DNA of 64,000 nt from Alkalispirochaeta sp. GTDB taxonomy: Bacteria; Spirochaetota; Spirochaetia; DSM-27196; Alkalispirochaetaceae. This document shows positions 16,781-26,586 of the stretch, piece by piece. The stretch's first letter is position 1. Each line of letters starts with the position of its first letter. Location of the stretch: NCBI GenBank assembly GCA_965601745.1, contig OZ271836.1, positions 2,147,222 to 2,211,221 on the forward strand, in the 5' to 3' direction. Both the position numbers and the translations under genes were made by a program. The notes under the pieces were generated by a model. The model saw only the letters and a list, made by a program, of their open reading frames with translations, was not told the origin of the DNA and did not search any database.

Positions 16781-19336
16781 ATGGGCGAGAAAGCACTTGT
16801 AATTGTTGAGTCCCCGACAAAAGCTCGAACGATTAAGAGATTTCTCCCGGATGGGTTTATCGTTGAGGCAAGTGTCGGGCACGTACGTGATCTTCCTCAA
16901 TCCGCATCAGAAATTCCCGCCAAGTACAAACAGGAGGCGTGGTCGCGGATCGGGATCGACGTAGATAACGAGTTTGAACCGCTGTACGTGACGCCGCGCG
17001 GCAAAGGTAAGTTGATTCGGCAGCTCAAATCGCAGCTCAAGGAGGCGGAGGTACTCTACCTCGCGACCGACGAGGACCGCGAGGGCGAGAGTATCTCGTG
17101 GCATCTGCTTCAGCTACTCAAACCCAAAGTACCGGTGCGGCGCCTTGTGTTTCATGAAATCACAAAAAAGGCGATCGAGAACTCCCTGCTCCAGCCACGA
17201 GAAGTAGACACCAAGCTCGTAAGGGCCCAGGAGACCCGCCGTATTCTGGATCGCCTCTACGGATACACGCTCTCACCGCTTATCTGGAAAAAGATAGCCT
17301 ACGGCCTCTCCGCGGGTCGGGTCCAATCTCCGGGCTTACGCCTGATCGTTGAACGCGAGCGCCAACGGATCGTCTTTCGCGCGGCGGAGTACTGGGATCT
17401 ATTGGCAAAGCTGGAGAAACCGGACCACACGCCGTCGTTTGAAGCGCGCCTTGTCGAGTTTGAAGGGCAACGAATCGCCGAAGGCAAAGACTTTGACAGT
17501 ATCACCGGCGAGCTCTCTAAACAGGGGCCGCTCCAACTCGATGAAGCGGCTTCGGGGCGTCTCCGAGCAACACTTGCGGAAGAACAATGGTCGGTGCTCG
17601 AGGTCACCGAAAAAGACAGTGTCGCGCGTCCGTCCCCGCCCTTTATCACCTCAACCCTGCAGCAGGAGGGCAACCGCAAGCTCGGGCTCTCGGCCCGCGA
17701 GACGATGCGCACGGCCCAACGTCTGTACGAAGAGGGCTTTATCACCTACATGCGTACGGATAGTCCGACGTTATCGGGTGAAGCTATCGGCGCCGCGCGG
17801 CGCCAGATCGAAGAGCTCTACGGCGAGGAGTTCCTGTTTGAGCGACCGCGCCAGTTTTCGGCACGCAATCGCGGGGCTCAGGAGGCGCACGAGGCGATCC
17901 GTCCCGCCGGAAGCAACTTTCGGCATCCCGACAAGACCGGATTGAGCGGAAAGGAACGGTCGCTATACGAGCTTATCTGGAAGAGAACGCTGGCCAGTCA
18001 AATGGCGGAGGCGAAAAAGCGCACGGTTTCCGCGCGAATCGCTGCGGGAGAGGCGCGCTTTGCCGGTTCGGGGACGCGAATCCTCTTCCCGGGGTTTTTA
18101 CGTGTGTATGTCGAGGGCAATGACAACCCCGAGGCCGCGTTAGAGGACAAAGAGGTGTTGCTTCCGCCCTTGGAAACGGGTGACACCCTCTCGCTTCTCG
18201 ACCTGAGCGCTGAGTACCACAGCACCAAACCACCGGCGCGCTACACCGAGGCGAGCCTCGTGCGCGAACTTGAAAAACGCGGAATTGGTCGTCCGTCGAC
18301 CTACGCGTCGATCATCAATACCTTGTACGAACGAAGCTATATCCGCCGTCAGGACAAGGCACTTGTGCCGACTTTTACGGGAATAGCGGTGATTCAGCTT
18401 CTCGAAGATCACTTTGAAGAACTTATTGAGTACAGCTTTACGAGCGACATGGAAACCGCGCTCGATGAGATCGCGGTGGGTGGTCGTGATTCGCTCAGCT
18501 ATCTACGCGATTTTTACCTCGGAGATGAGGGGCTGCGCCATCGGGTCGAAAAACGTGAGAGTGAGATCAAGCCCGAAGCATCCCGAACGGTCGCGCTTCC
18601 CCAGCTCAAGGAACACCAGGCGGTCAAGGTCGGTCGCTACGGACCGTATATCATTCACCACGAAGGCGAAGAGGAGATCCACGCCTCGATTCCCGAGGAG
18701 TACTCGCCCGCCGATTTGACCGAGGACGACATCCACGAGCTTGTCGAGATTCAGAAAAACGGACCGGCGCCGATCGGAACACACCCCGAAACCGGTGAGA
18801 ACATCTACTGTCTCACCGGACGATACGGTCCGTACCTCCAGCTCGGCGAACAGGACGAAAACTCCGCCGAAAAACCCCGTCGCGCCAGTCTGCCAAAGGG
18901 GGTTCGCCCAAGCGCGGTGACGATAGAGCTTGCCGTCAAAATTCTCAGTCTACCGCGGACGCTCGGAACCCATCCGGAAAGTGGGAATGAAATCGTCGCC
19001 AACGTGGGGCGGTTTGGTCCTTTTGTTGTCTGTGACGGCGAGTACCGTTCGCTAAAGAAGGGCGATGATGTCTATGAGATTTCGCTTGAGCGCGCCGTAG
19101 AACTCCTTTCGGAGGAGAAAAGCGCGGGTCGGCGGCGCGGCGCAAAGGTTCTTAAGGATCTCGGTTCCGACCCGAAAAAGAATCGGAAGATATCGATCCT
19201 CGACGGACGCTATGGACCGTACATCAAAGCGGGTACCAAAAACGTTTCGTTGCCAAAAGACAAGCAAACGGTCGAAGCGATCGACGCGCTTTCGCTCGAC
19301 GACGTCCTCGAGATCATCGCCAACGCCGGGAAGTAG
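16781..19336 (+). CDS. topA: DNA topoisomerase I
   Basis: 851 aa with Toprim ([19 protein letters not shown]), the active-site region and repeated C-terminal GRYGPY/GRFGPF modules. Confidence 0.97.
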   Translation: MGEKALVIVESPTKARTIKRFLPDGFIVEASVGHVRDLPQSASEIPAKYKQEAWSRIGIDVDNEFEPLYVTPRGKGKLIRQLKSQLKEAEVLYLATDEDREGESISWHLLQLLKPKVPVRRLVFHEITKKAIENSLLQPREVDTKLVRAQETRRILDRLYGYTLSPLIWKKIAYGLSAGRVQSPGLRLIVERERQRIVFRAAEYWDLLAKLEKPDHTPSFEARLVEFEGQRIAEGKDFDSITGELSKQGPLQLDEAASGRLRATLAEEQWSVLEVTEKDSVARPSPPFITSTLQQEGNRKLGLSARETMRTAQRLYEEGFITYMRTDSPTLSGEAIGAARRQIEELYGEEFLFERPRQFSARNRGAQEAHEAIRPAGSNFRHPDKTGLSGKERSLYELIWKRTLASQMAEAKKRTVSARIAAGEARFAGSGTRILFPGFLRVYVEGNDNPEAALEDKEVLLPPLETGDTLSLLDLSAEYHSTKPPARYTEASLVRELEKRGIGRPSTYASIINTLYERSYIRRQDKALVPTFTGIAVIQLLEDHFEELIEYSFTSDMETALDEIAVGGRDSLSYLRDFYLGDEGLRHRVEKRESEIKPEASRTVALPQLKEHQAVKVGRYGPYIIHHEGEEEIHASIPEEYSPADLTEDDIHELVEIQKNGPAPIGTHPETGENIYCLTGRYGPYLQLGEQDENSAEKPRRASLPKGVRPSAVTIELAVKILSLPRTLGTHPESGNEIVANVGRFGPFVVCDGEYRSLKKGDDVYEISLERAVELLSEEKSAGRRRGAKVLKDLGSDPKKNRKISILDGRYGPYIKAGTKNVSLPKDKQTVEAIDALSLDDVLEIIANAGK

Positions 19337-19383
19337 ATAGCGCCGCTCTTCCAAATCTCGCGCCTTCGTGGGATACTGCCGGC

Positions 19384-20754
19384 ATGGTAATACTCACGCT
19401 CAACTGTGGCAGCTCGTCAGTCAAATACCAGCTTTACAACTGGGATGCGCGCGAAGTACTCGCCAATGGCTTGGTCGAACGTGTCACCCAGGAAGGCTCC
19501 CGAATCGTTCACAAAGTCCCTGGTCGCGACGAGTACACGGAAGACCGGGCGTGCCCCGACCATCGAGTGGCGATTCAGCTGATTATGGATACCCTCGTCG
19601 ACACGAACAACGGTGCGATCGCGACGATGCAAGAAGTAAAAGCGGTCGGGCATCGCGTTGTTCACGGGGGAGAGCAGTTCAAGAAGTCGGTCATCGTCGA
19701 TGACGACGTTATCGCCACCTTTCGCAGTATTCAGAATCTGGCGCCGCTCCACAATCCCGCAAATATCATGGGGATCGAAGCAGCTCGCGCGGTATTACCA
19801 GACGTTCCCCATTGCGCGATTATGGACACGGCCTGGCACCAAACGATGCCGGCCCACGCGTATACCTACGCGTTACCTTATTCCTGGTACCGCGATTACG
19901 GCGTCCGCCGCTACGGTTTTCACGGGACGTCTTTTCTCTACACGGCCAAGCGCGCCGCAGTTCTGCTTGGTAAAGAGCCGTTTGAAACGAATCTTGTAAT
20001 CGCCCACATCGGAAACGGCGCGAGCATCTGCGCGGTTAAGGCGGGTGTTTCGGTTGATACGTCGATGGGACTCACCCCGCTCGAAGGACTTGTCATGGGA
20101 ACGCGGAGCGGAGATATCGATCCGGCGATTCCGTTCTACGTGATGAACCAGACCGGGCTATCGCCCGACGAACTTGAAAGATCTCTCAACAAAAAGAGCG
20201 GTGTCCTCGGAATTACCGAACAATATGTTGATCGCAGGGACATCGAGATCGCCGCCGAGAAAGGCGACAAACTCGCGGCCCTGGCGATTGACGTCGAGGC
20301 GTACCGAATCCGCAAGTATATCGGGGCGTACGCCGCCGCGGCGGGAGGAATTGACGCCGTTGTATTTACCGCGGGCGTCGGAGAACGCGGTCCCCTGATT
20401 CGTGAAAAAGCGCTCGACGGACTCGATTTTATGGGTATCAAGATAGATCGCGAGAAGAACGCGTTGTCGCGGACCAAAAATGCCGAGACCGAGATCAGTG
20501 CCGATGATTCGCCGGCTAAGATCTTTGTTATCCCGACGGATGAAGAACTCGTCATGACCGAGGACACGTATGCCCTCGTGACCGGTTCCTACGACGTCCA
20601 CACCAATTTCCGCTACTCATTCGAAGACAAGAATTACGTAAACCTCGAGCGAAATGGTTGCGTCGATCAGGACATGGTTAAACTTCAGGGACTGGACAGG
20701 ATTATCGTCTCAGCAGTCACCGACGAATCGGTCGCCTCTCCGGACTGTGATTGA
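19384..20754 (+). CDS. ackA: Acetate kinase with a C-terminal extension of about 60 aa
   Basis: 456 aa, [39 protein letters not shown] motifs. Confidence 0.95.
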   Translation: MVILTLNCGSSSVKYQLYNWDAREVLANGLVERVTQEGSRIVHKVPGRDEYTEDRACPDHRVAIQLIMDTLVDTNNGAIATMQEVKAVGHRVVHGGEQFKKSVIVDDDVIATFRSIQNLAPLHNPANIMGIEAARAVLPDVPHCAIMDTAWHQTMPAHAYTYALPYSWYRDYGVRRYGFHGTSFLYTAKRAAVLLGKEPFETNLVIAHIGNGASICAVKAGVSVDTSMGLTPLEGLVMGTRSGDIDPAIPFYVMNQTGLSPDELERSLNKKSGVLGITEQYVDRRDIEIAAEKGDKLAALAIDVEAYRIRKYIGAYAAAAGGIDAVVFTAGVGERGPLIREKALDGLDFMGIKIDREKNALSRTKNAETEISADDSPAKIFVIPTDEELVMTEDTYALVTGSYDVHTNFRYSFEDKNYVNLERNGCVDQDMVKLQGLDRIIVSAVTDESVASPDCD

Positions 20755-20757
20755 TCG

Positions 20758-21534
20758 GTGACGATCCTCACCATCGACATCGGCAACACCAACATCGCCT
20801 TTGGGATTCACGACGGTGGCGATTGGATTCACCACTGGCGACTCCGGACCGCGGTTACCCGGACAGCGGATGAGTACCTGGTTCTGTTTCATAATCTCTT
20901 TGAAATAAGCGGGCACGACGAAACAAAAATAGATCGGACGGTGGTCTCGTCGGTTGTCCCGGTGCTCACACCCGCCATCGCCCGAGTCGCCGAACGGATT
21001 CACGGTGCAAAACCACTTATCGTGAATCATGAGCTCCACACCGGGCTTGATCCGTCCCAACCGATTCCCGTTGAACTCGGCAACGATCTGCTTGCCAACG
21101 CCGTAGCCGCATTTCATCTCTATCGACGCGACGCGATCATCGTCGATTTTGGGACTGCGCTCACCTTCACCGCCGTCTCGGGTCAGGGTCGGATACTCGG
21201 AGTCAGCATCGCCCCCGGTTTAGGCAGCGCCGTTCGGGCGCTGAGCTCGAACACCGCCCAGCTTCCCGCCGTTGATCTCGTGGAACCACCAAGCGCGTTG
21301 CCGCGTACAACGGTGCATTCGATTCAATCCGGCATCGTGTACGGCTACGTCGGCCTGGTAAAAGAGGTCACCCGTCGCATGAGCGATGAAATGGAATCGA
21401 CACCGATCGTCGTTGCGACCGGCGGTCTGGCCGAGACGATCCCTCCGGTTACCGAGATTTTTGACGAAGTAAAACCCTGGCTCACCCTCGACGGCATCCG
21501 GATACTCGGAGAGCTTAATCCCGGCGTCGTCTAA
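20758..21534 (+). CDS. coaX: Type III pantothenate kinase
   Basis: 258 aa, LTIDIGNTNIAFG and VDFGTALTF motifs. GTG start 3 nt after the ackA stop. Confidence 0.9.
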   Translation: MTILTIDIGNTNIAFGIHDGGDWIHHWRLRTAVTRTADEYLVLFHNLFEISGHDETKIDRTVVSSVVPVLTPAIARVAERIHGAKPLIVNHELHTGLDPSQPIPVELGNDLLANAVAAFHLYRRDAIIVDFGTALTFTAVSGQGRILGVSIAPGLGSAVRALSSNTAQLPAVDLVEPPSALPRTTVHSIQSGIVYGYVGLVKEVTRRMSDEMESTPIVVATGGLAETIPPVTEIFDEVKPWLTLDGIRILGELNPGVV

Positions 21535-21552
21535 GGCGTAGTAAAGACTGGT

Positions 21553-21756
21553 TTATTCGGAAGCGCTCGCTTTTGCGGCGCGCCGCGAGCGGTTGGTCAG
21601 CGTCGCATGGCCGATTTTGGAAACCATCACTTTGGAACCGTCGATCTCGTGCTCATAGAGCAGCTTCACGCCGGTTCGTCCCGTTATCGGGCATTTACCA
21701 CGACCGCTATTGGGGGTCTCTTCTTTAAGAGGTCGCCCCCTATGTGCTTTCGACAT
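21553..21756 (-). CDS. Small basic protein, family not recognised
   Basis: 67 aa, MSKAHRGRPLKEETPNSGRGKCPITGRTGVK.... Strong SD GAGGAG 5 nt upstream of the ATG. Confidence 0.5.
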   Translation of the reverse strand: MSKAHRGRPLKEETPNSGRGKCPITGRTGVKLLYEHEIDGSKVMVSKIGHATLTNRSRRAAKASASE

Positions 21757-21791
21757 ACGTTCTCCTCAGTTTTGTTCATACCGCATGATGA

Positions 21792-21824
21792 TGCGGGCGT
21801 CGGAGTATAGACCAAACGCCCGCA
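21792..21824 (-). promoter_or_regulatory. 9-bp perfect-stem hairpin (TGCGGGCGT / ACGCCCGCA, 15-nt loop) overlapping a second hairpin at 21781-21796
   Basis: Read directly. It lies 23 nt downstream of the OmpA-family stop and upstream of the small basic protein gene. No U-tract follows. Confidence 0.4.
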
Positions 21825-21846
21825 CCGTGTCATCCGGATCGTACGG

Positions 21847-24504
21847 CTAGCGAGTCTCCGGATTGAGCAGAAACTCGACTCGTCGATTCTGCCAGATATT
21901 GGCGCGGTCGGAGTGCGGGACAACCGGCCGCTCACCACCAAAGCCACGAACCGTCATGCGATCGCGGTCGACGCCAAGAATGATAAGCGCCTGCATAACC
22001 TCGGTCGCTCGCGCTCGCGACAGCGGAATCAAAACCTCATCCTGTTCCTGTTGCCGTTGCGGATCTTCCAAGAAGACATGAGCTGCGTAGCCCTCAACGA
22101 TTATCTCGCGCCTGCCGTAGCGATTGAGAATCCGAGCCAGACGTCGGAGCGTATCGAGGTTTTGCTCGAGCTGCTCGTCGTCGCTCAGGAACAGGTCGGG
22201 CGTGTTGGGTGCAAAAAGGATGCTCGATATCCGAATCCGAAACCGGTCGCCCTCGCGCATGACGAGGATATCGGTCGCGGCAACGGCTTGGGCAAACGCC
22301 TCGTTTCCCTGATCGTCGATCGCGCTAAACCGTACCGGATAGTCCATCGCCGATTGTACCAGCTCGCCGTCGTCGCTCAATCCGTCCCAGGTGACGGAGG
22401 CCGGCGGACGTCCCGTTCCGCCAAACGTTCGAAACGTATTGTCCCGGGGATCCATGATATCAAGCGACCATGTCCGAATCGGCCGCGTACTGTCCAACTG
22501 AATATCAATACGGAGGGCGTCGGCCGTACCGTCGTCATCGGGCGAGAACGGAACCGGAACGAGGGTAAGGGACGCGCCCACGCCGACGAGTTGATCTGCT
22601 CGCGGTCCGCCACGATCGACCGTGATCGGTCCGACACCGTCCACCTCGGCGATATGTCCGTTGAGGTAGATGACCCGAAGCGATGCGGTAAAATCGCCGT
22701 CCTCGACCAAGGTTCCGCCGTTGGTCACGCCCGGCCAGATAAAGTTATCAAAGGGTTCGCGTTGATACTCGCTGCGTACAACGCGGTCGCGCCCGTCGCG
22801 GATCTCAAAGAGGAACTCTTCGATCAGATCGGGTGCGCCGTAGTCCGTGTTTATCGAAATCGTCGGTTCGACGTATCGACCGTCGACGGAAAGACCGACG
22901 TCCGGCGTGCGCCCATCTTTGCGTAATCGGATCGGTTGTGACACGCCCTGATTACCGGCTTCATCGACCGCGGCAAAGACGAGCTCGTAGACGCCGTCTG
23001 CCGCCCGACCGCCACCGGAGAGCGCCTGGCCCTCCCAGGTCACCGCGACGGTATCCCGATCGCCGTCTGGACGCGTTCGCAGACCAAAGTTGGCGAGGGC
23101 GTCGTCGACGGGACCAAGAGCGATGATTCGCCCATCGTAGCGAAGCTCGTAATTCCAAAAAATACCGCGCTCAAAAAAGAACGATCCTTCGACGGAGCGC
23201 CGTTCGCCCACGCCAAAGACAAGACCGCGCGTGAGGTCGCTACCCCGCGGCGCGGTGTCGGCAACGATCGTTGCCACGGGAGCGAGCGTATCGACCGTCA
23301 AAACGAGTGGTTCGGACTGTGAGACCGAGCCATTGGTCAACTCGGCGATAAATACCGCTTCAATCTGACCGTCGGGAAGAAGCGATCCGTCCTGGCGTCG
23401 CCCGTCAAAAAGCCAGCGGTTTGGGGGAGCGCCTGTCCCCGTCTCGGCGCGAATAACCTGGCCACGGTTACGGATCTCGACCGTCCATCTGGCGAGCGAT
23501 CCGGCTCCCCCGGCATCAAGCAGGAGAGACACATCGTCGCGTCGTCCATCGTCGTTGGGCGAAAAGGTGGGTACGCCGTCCTCGACGGTGATCGCGATCG
23601 CGGCACGCGTCAGGCTTAGGACGATCGGATCCTCGAGACGCCCCTCAACGCTGTTTCCGGCGCGATCGGTTCCGGTCAGGACCAAGGTATATGAGCCCTC
23701 GGGCGCGAGTTCACCCGGCTCGTCAACGGTGCCGAATCGACCATCCCAGCGGAAGTCGAGCGGCGGAGCCGGATCCAACTCAACGCGGCGCGGCGTCGCG
23801 TTCTCAAACGCTTGTTCAAACACGAGTTCTCCGGATTCATCTTCGAGGCGCACCACCCAGCTTTGCTCCCGGCTACCGAGCGCGCGGACGCCCACGGTAT
23901 CGCGAACACCGTCGCCGTTGGGCGAGAACACGGCGAGTTCAACGGGTTGTATGGAGTCGATCGTCGGCGCGACGTTGTCTACCGTGACGGCAAACGGCGC
24001 ACTCCGAGTTGTATTGTCCGCGTCGTCGGTTATTGAGAGCTGATACGAGTACTCTCCATCGGGAACGGCGGCGCCGTTGGCCGCGCCTTCCGGGAGATCG
24101 GCTTCGTTGTCGACCTGGTACGTTCCGTCCCAGGTGAGTTCTTCGGGAACTTCGACTCTGGGTTTTTCGCCGCCAAAAAGGTTTCCAAAAAAACCGATCC
24201 GATCGTCTTCGGTCTCGCGGACGAGGTAAACAAGATTACCGTCGCCGTCGAATACCGACAGGACGTACTCGACGATCACCATATTTTCCGCCGGGATTAC
24301 GACATCCGAGAACGGGAGCTCAAGAACGTCCTGGACGCCATCGCCATTACCGGGCGAGATATATTGGCGTTGCTGGGTGGGGATATCGAGCGTCGGGGCC
24401 TCGGTTTCCGCGCTACCCCCCGCAAAAACGGGCGCTATCGCCATTCCAATTAGGACCACAAACGCGACAAGCAGTTTTTTACGGGAAACTTTACGACTAT
24501 TCAT
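21847..24504 (-). CDS. OmpA-family protein with multiple FlgD-Ig-like modules
   Basis: 885 aa. Signal peptide; four modules carrying SPGNGDGVQD / SPNGDGVRD / SPNDDGRRD / SPDDDGTAD. C-terminal OmpA-like peptidoglycan-binding domain (NRRVEF). Confidence 0.8.
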   Translation of the reverse strand: MNSRKVSRKKLLVAFVVLIGMAIAPVFAGGSAETEAPTLDIPTQQRQYISPGNGDGVQDVLELPFSDVVIPAENMVIVEYVLSVFDGDGNLVYLVRETEDDRIGFFGNLFGGEKPRVEVPEELTWDGTYQVDNEADLPEGAANGAAVPDGEYSYQLSITDDADNTTRSAPFAVTVDNVAPTIDSIQPVELAVFSPNGDGVRDTVGVRALGSREQSWVVRLEDESGELVFEQAFENATPRRVELDPAPPLDFRWDGRFGTVDEPGELAPEGSYTLVLTGTDRAGNSVEGRLEDPIVLSLTRAAIAITVEDGVPTFSPNDDGRRDDVSLLLDAGGAGSLARWTVEIRNRGQVIRAETGTGAPPNRWLFDGRRQDGSLLPDGQIEAVFIAELTNGSVSQSEPLVLTVDTLAPVATIVADTAPRGSDLTRGLVFGVGERRSVEGSFFFERGIFWNYELRYDGRIIALGPVDDALANFGLRTRPDGDRDTVAVTWEGQALSGGGRAADGVYELVFAAVDEAGNQGVSQPIRLRKDGRTPDVGLSVDGRYVEPTISINTDYGAPDLIEEFLFEIRDGRDRVVRSEYQREPFDNFIWPGVTNGGTLVEDGDFTASLRVIYLNGHIAEVDGVGPITVDRGGPRADQLVGVGASLTLVPVPFSPDDDGTADALRIDIQLDSTRPIRTWSLDIMDPRDNTFRTFGGTGRPPASVTWDGLSDDGELVQSAMDYPVRFSAIDDQGNEAFAQAVAATDILVMREGDRFRIRISSILFAPNTPDLFLSDDEQLEQNLDTLRRLARILNRYGRREIIVEGYAAHVFLEDPQRQQEQDEVLIPLSRARATEVMQALIILGVDRDRMTVRGFGGERPVVPHSDRANIWQNRRVEFLLNPETR

Positions 24505-24618
24505 GATGAGTACACCTCTCTATTACCGGGGTTGCACGACAATAAAATCGAATTCCTACTTCCTCAAAGTATCATCATTACCAGCTAAAATCGAGCATCA
24601 ATAAGGCTATTACCCGGC

Positions 24619-26532
24619 TTATCGCGGACGCACCAAGAGGCGCACCGAGCTTACCTCTTTGGTGGAAAGACGCACCCCGCCCGCGCGGCTGCCCTTGATC
24701 AGATAGTCCTGAAGAGCAAAATCGTCCTCCAACTTCTGCATTCGTGGTTTTTTACGGTATCGCAGGCGAATCGTTCCCGTTTCCCGCGTCGTAAGCAAGA
24801 GCGCTTTCGCGTCGTCCGGGATCAGAGAATAGTCTTTCTCGAGAATGTACTGCTCGATTCGAAACCGCTTGATATAGGTCTCGCCGGTGCTGATGCGATA
24901 AACCAGACTAAACACGCGATCGGCAGGTGATTCCTTGTCGGCAAGCCCCGCATAAAGCATACGGAGACCGACATAAGTCTTTTCAGGAGCGTTAATTACC
25001 CGATAACGAGCCGCTTCATCGATCACGAGTATTCGGTCGTAGATCGATACGTTCTCAACGTCGCGTCCTTCATTGATCGCGTATCCCAGGTGCCCTTTTT
25101 CTGAATCGTACCGTAGCACGAGCTCGCGCGGGGCAGCTTCGCGGACATCAACCTTCTCAAAGTCGGCAATCCGCGTGAGGCGCTCGTAGCGCCCGCCGTG
25201 CGCCTCGAGAACATCATCGAGAAATCCGATCGCGTAGGCGGTGAGATCGGATAGTTCCCGTTTTATCTCTTTGAGCCGTTTCTGGATCTCCTCTACTTCC
25301 CGACGGTTTTTCTCCATATCGTAGCGGGAGATACGCCGAATCGGTATCTTGAGGAGGGTTTCAATATCCTCGTCCGATATCGCCCGGATCAGTTCTTTTT
25401 TAAACGGCTCAAATCCAGTACGAACCGCCGCGACGACTCCTTCTTGAGTTTGCTCTTCCTCGATCGACTTGTAGATCCTCTCTTCGACAAATATGCGCTC
25501 GAGGGTGCGCATATGCAGTTTTTCGCGTAGCGTTTTGCGTTCGTGCTTGAGCTCTTGATCGAGAAGACGGACGAGCTGCTCGGCGTGATAGGCGATTACT
25601 TCGGAAACGGTCAACACCCGTGGTTTGTCATCGACGATGAGCAGAAGGTTGACGGAGATCGATTGTTCGCAATCGGTAAAGGCGTACAAGCCGTCGACGA
25701 CGTCGCGTCCATACACACCGCGGGGCAGGCGAATTTCGATTTCGACTTCCTCCGTTGTGTAGTCGTTGATCTGGGCGATCTTGATCTTTCCGCGTTTAAC
25801 CGCGTTTTCGATCGAGGCGATGAGGTTTTCCGTCGTTGTGCCGTACGGGAGCTCGCGGATGACGATCCGTTTCTCATCTGAGGTATCAAGTCCGGCCCGG
25901 ACGAGGACCTTTCCTTTGCCGTCCTGGTAGTCGGAAACGTCGACGAGGCCCCCGGTCGGGAAGTCGGGGTAGAGGGCGACCTCCTCGCCGCGAAGTCGGG
26001 CTTGCACAGCCTCAATCACCTCTCTGAAGTTATGGGGCAGGACGCGCGTCGACATGCCGACGGCGATACCCTCAGCGCCGAGAATCAAGGCCAGCGGAAC
26101 CTTGGCGGGGAAGACAACCGGCTCGCGATTGCGACTGTCGTACGAGTCGGTGTACTCGGTAAGTTCGCGTCGCCACAATATTTCGCGCGCAATCGGATCG
26201 ATCCGACACTCGATATAGCGCGCCGCCGACGCCGCGTCACCGGTAAACAGGTTGCCGAAGTTGCCTTGGCGATCGATAAACAGGTTTTTTTGCGCGAGGA
26301 CGACGAGCGCCTCGTAGATTGAGGCGTCTCCGTGGGGATGGTACTTCATACAATGGCCGACGACGTTGGCCACCTTGTGAAACTTTCCGTCGTCGATCTC
26401 GAGCAAGGAGTGGAGAATTCGTCGTTGAACCGGCTTGAGTCCGTCGTCGATGTGCGGGATCGCCCGATCTTTTATAACGTAGCTCGCGTATTCGAGAAAG
26501 TTGCGGTTGAAGAGCGTGTTTACGTAAGCCAT
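24619..26532 (-). CDS. parC: Type IIA topoisomerase A subunit, ParC-like (short C-terminal domain)
   Basis: 637 aa, IPHIDDGLKPVQRRIL, HPHGD motifs. Much shorter than GyrA. Adjacent to the B subunit. Confidence 0.8.
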   Translation of the reverse strand: MAYVNTLFNRNFLEYASYVIKDRAIPHIDDGLKPVQRRILHSLLEIDDGKFHKVANVVGHCMKYHPHGDASIYEALVVLAQKNLFIDRQGNFGNLFTGDAASAARYIECRIDPIAREILWRRELTEYTDSYDSRNREPVVFPAKVPLALILGAEGIAVGMSTRVLPHNFREVIEAVQARLRGEEVALYPDFPTGGLVDVSDYQDGKGKVLVRAGLDTSDEKRIVIRELPYGTTTENLIASIENAVKRGKIKIAQINDYTTEEVEIEIRLPRGVYGRDVVDGLYAFTDCEQSISVNLLLIVDDKPRVLTVSEVIAYHAEQLVRLLDQELKHERKTLREKLHMRTLERIFVEERIYKSIEEEQTQEGVVAAVRTGFEPFKKELIRAISDEDIETLLKIPIRRISRYDMEKNRREVEEIQKRLKEIKRELSDLTAYAIGFLDDVLEAHGGRYERLTRIADFEKVDVREAAPRELVLRYDSEKGHLGYAINEGRDVENVSIYDRILVIDEAARYRVINAPEKTYVGLRMLYAGLADKESPADRVFSLVYRISTGETYIKRFRIEQYILEKDYSLIPDDAKALLLTTRETGTIRLRYRKKPRMQKLEDDFALQDYLIKGSRAGGVRLSTKEVSSVRLLVRPR

Positions 26533-26586
26533 CGATTGAGATTCTTCACAAAAGGAACGGGATTGTCATCTGATCGCTCGCCCCGC

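Noticed and set aside
24505-24618. Two copies of GGTAATAG in similar context (CCGGGTAATAG and CCCGGTAATAGAG), about 90 nt apart, in the spacer upstream of the OmpA-family gene.
   Set aside because: It is a single short repeat in an AT-rich promoter region and is compatible with chance.
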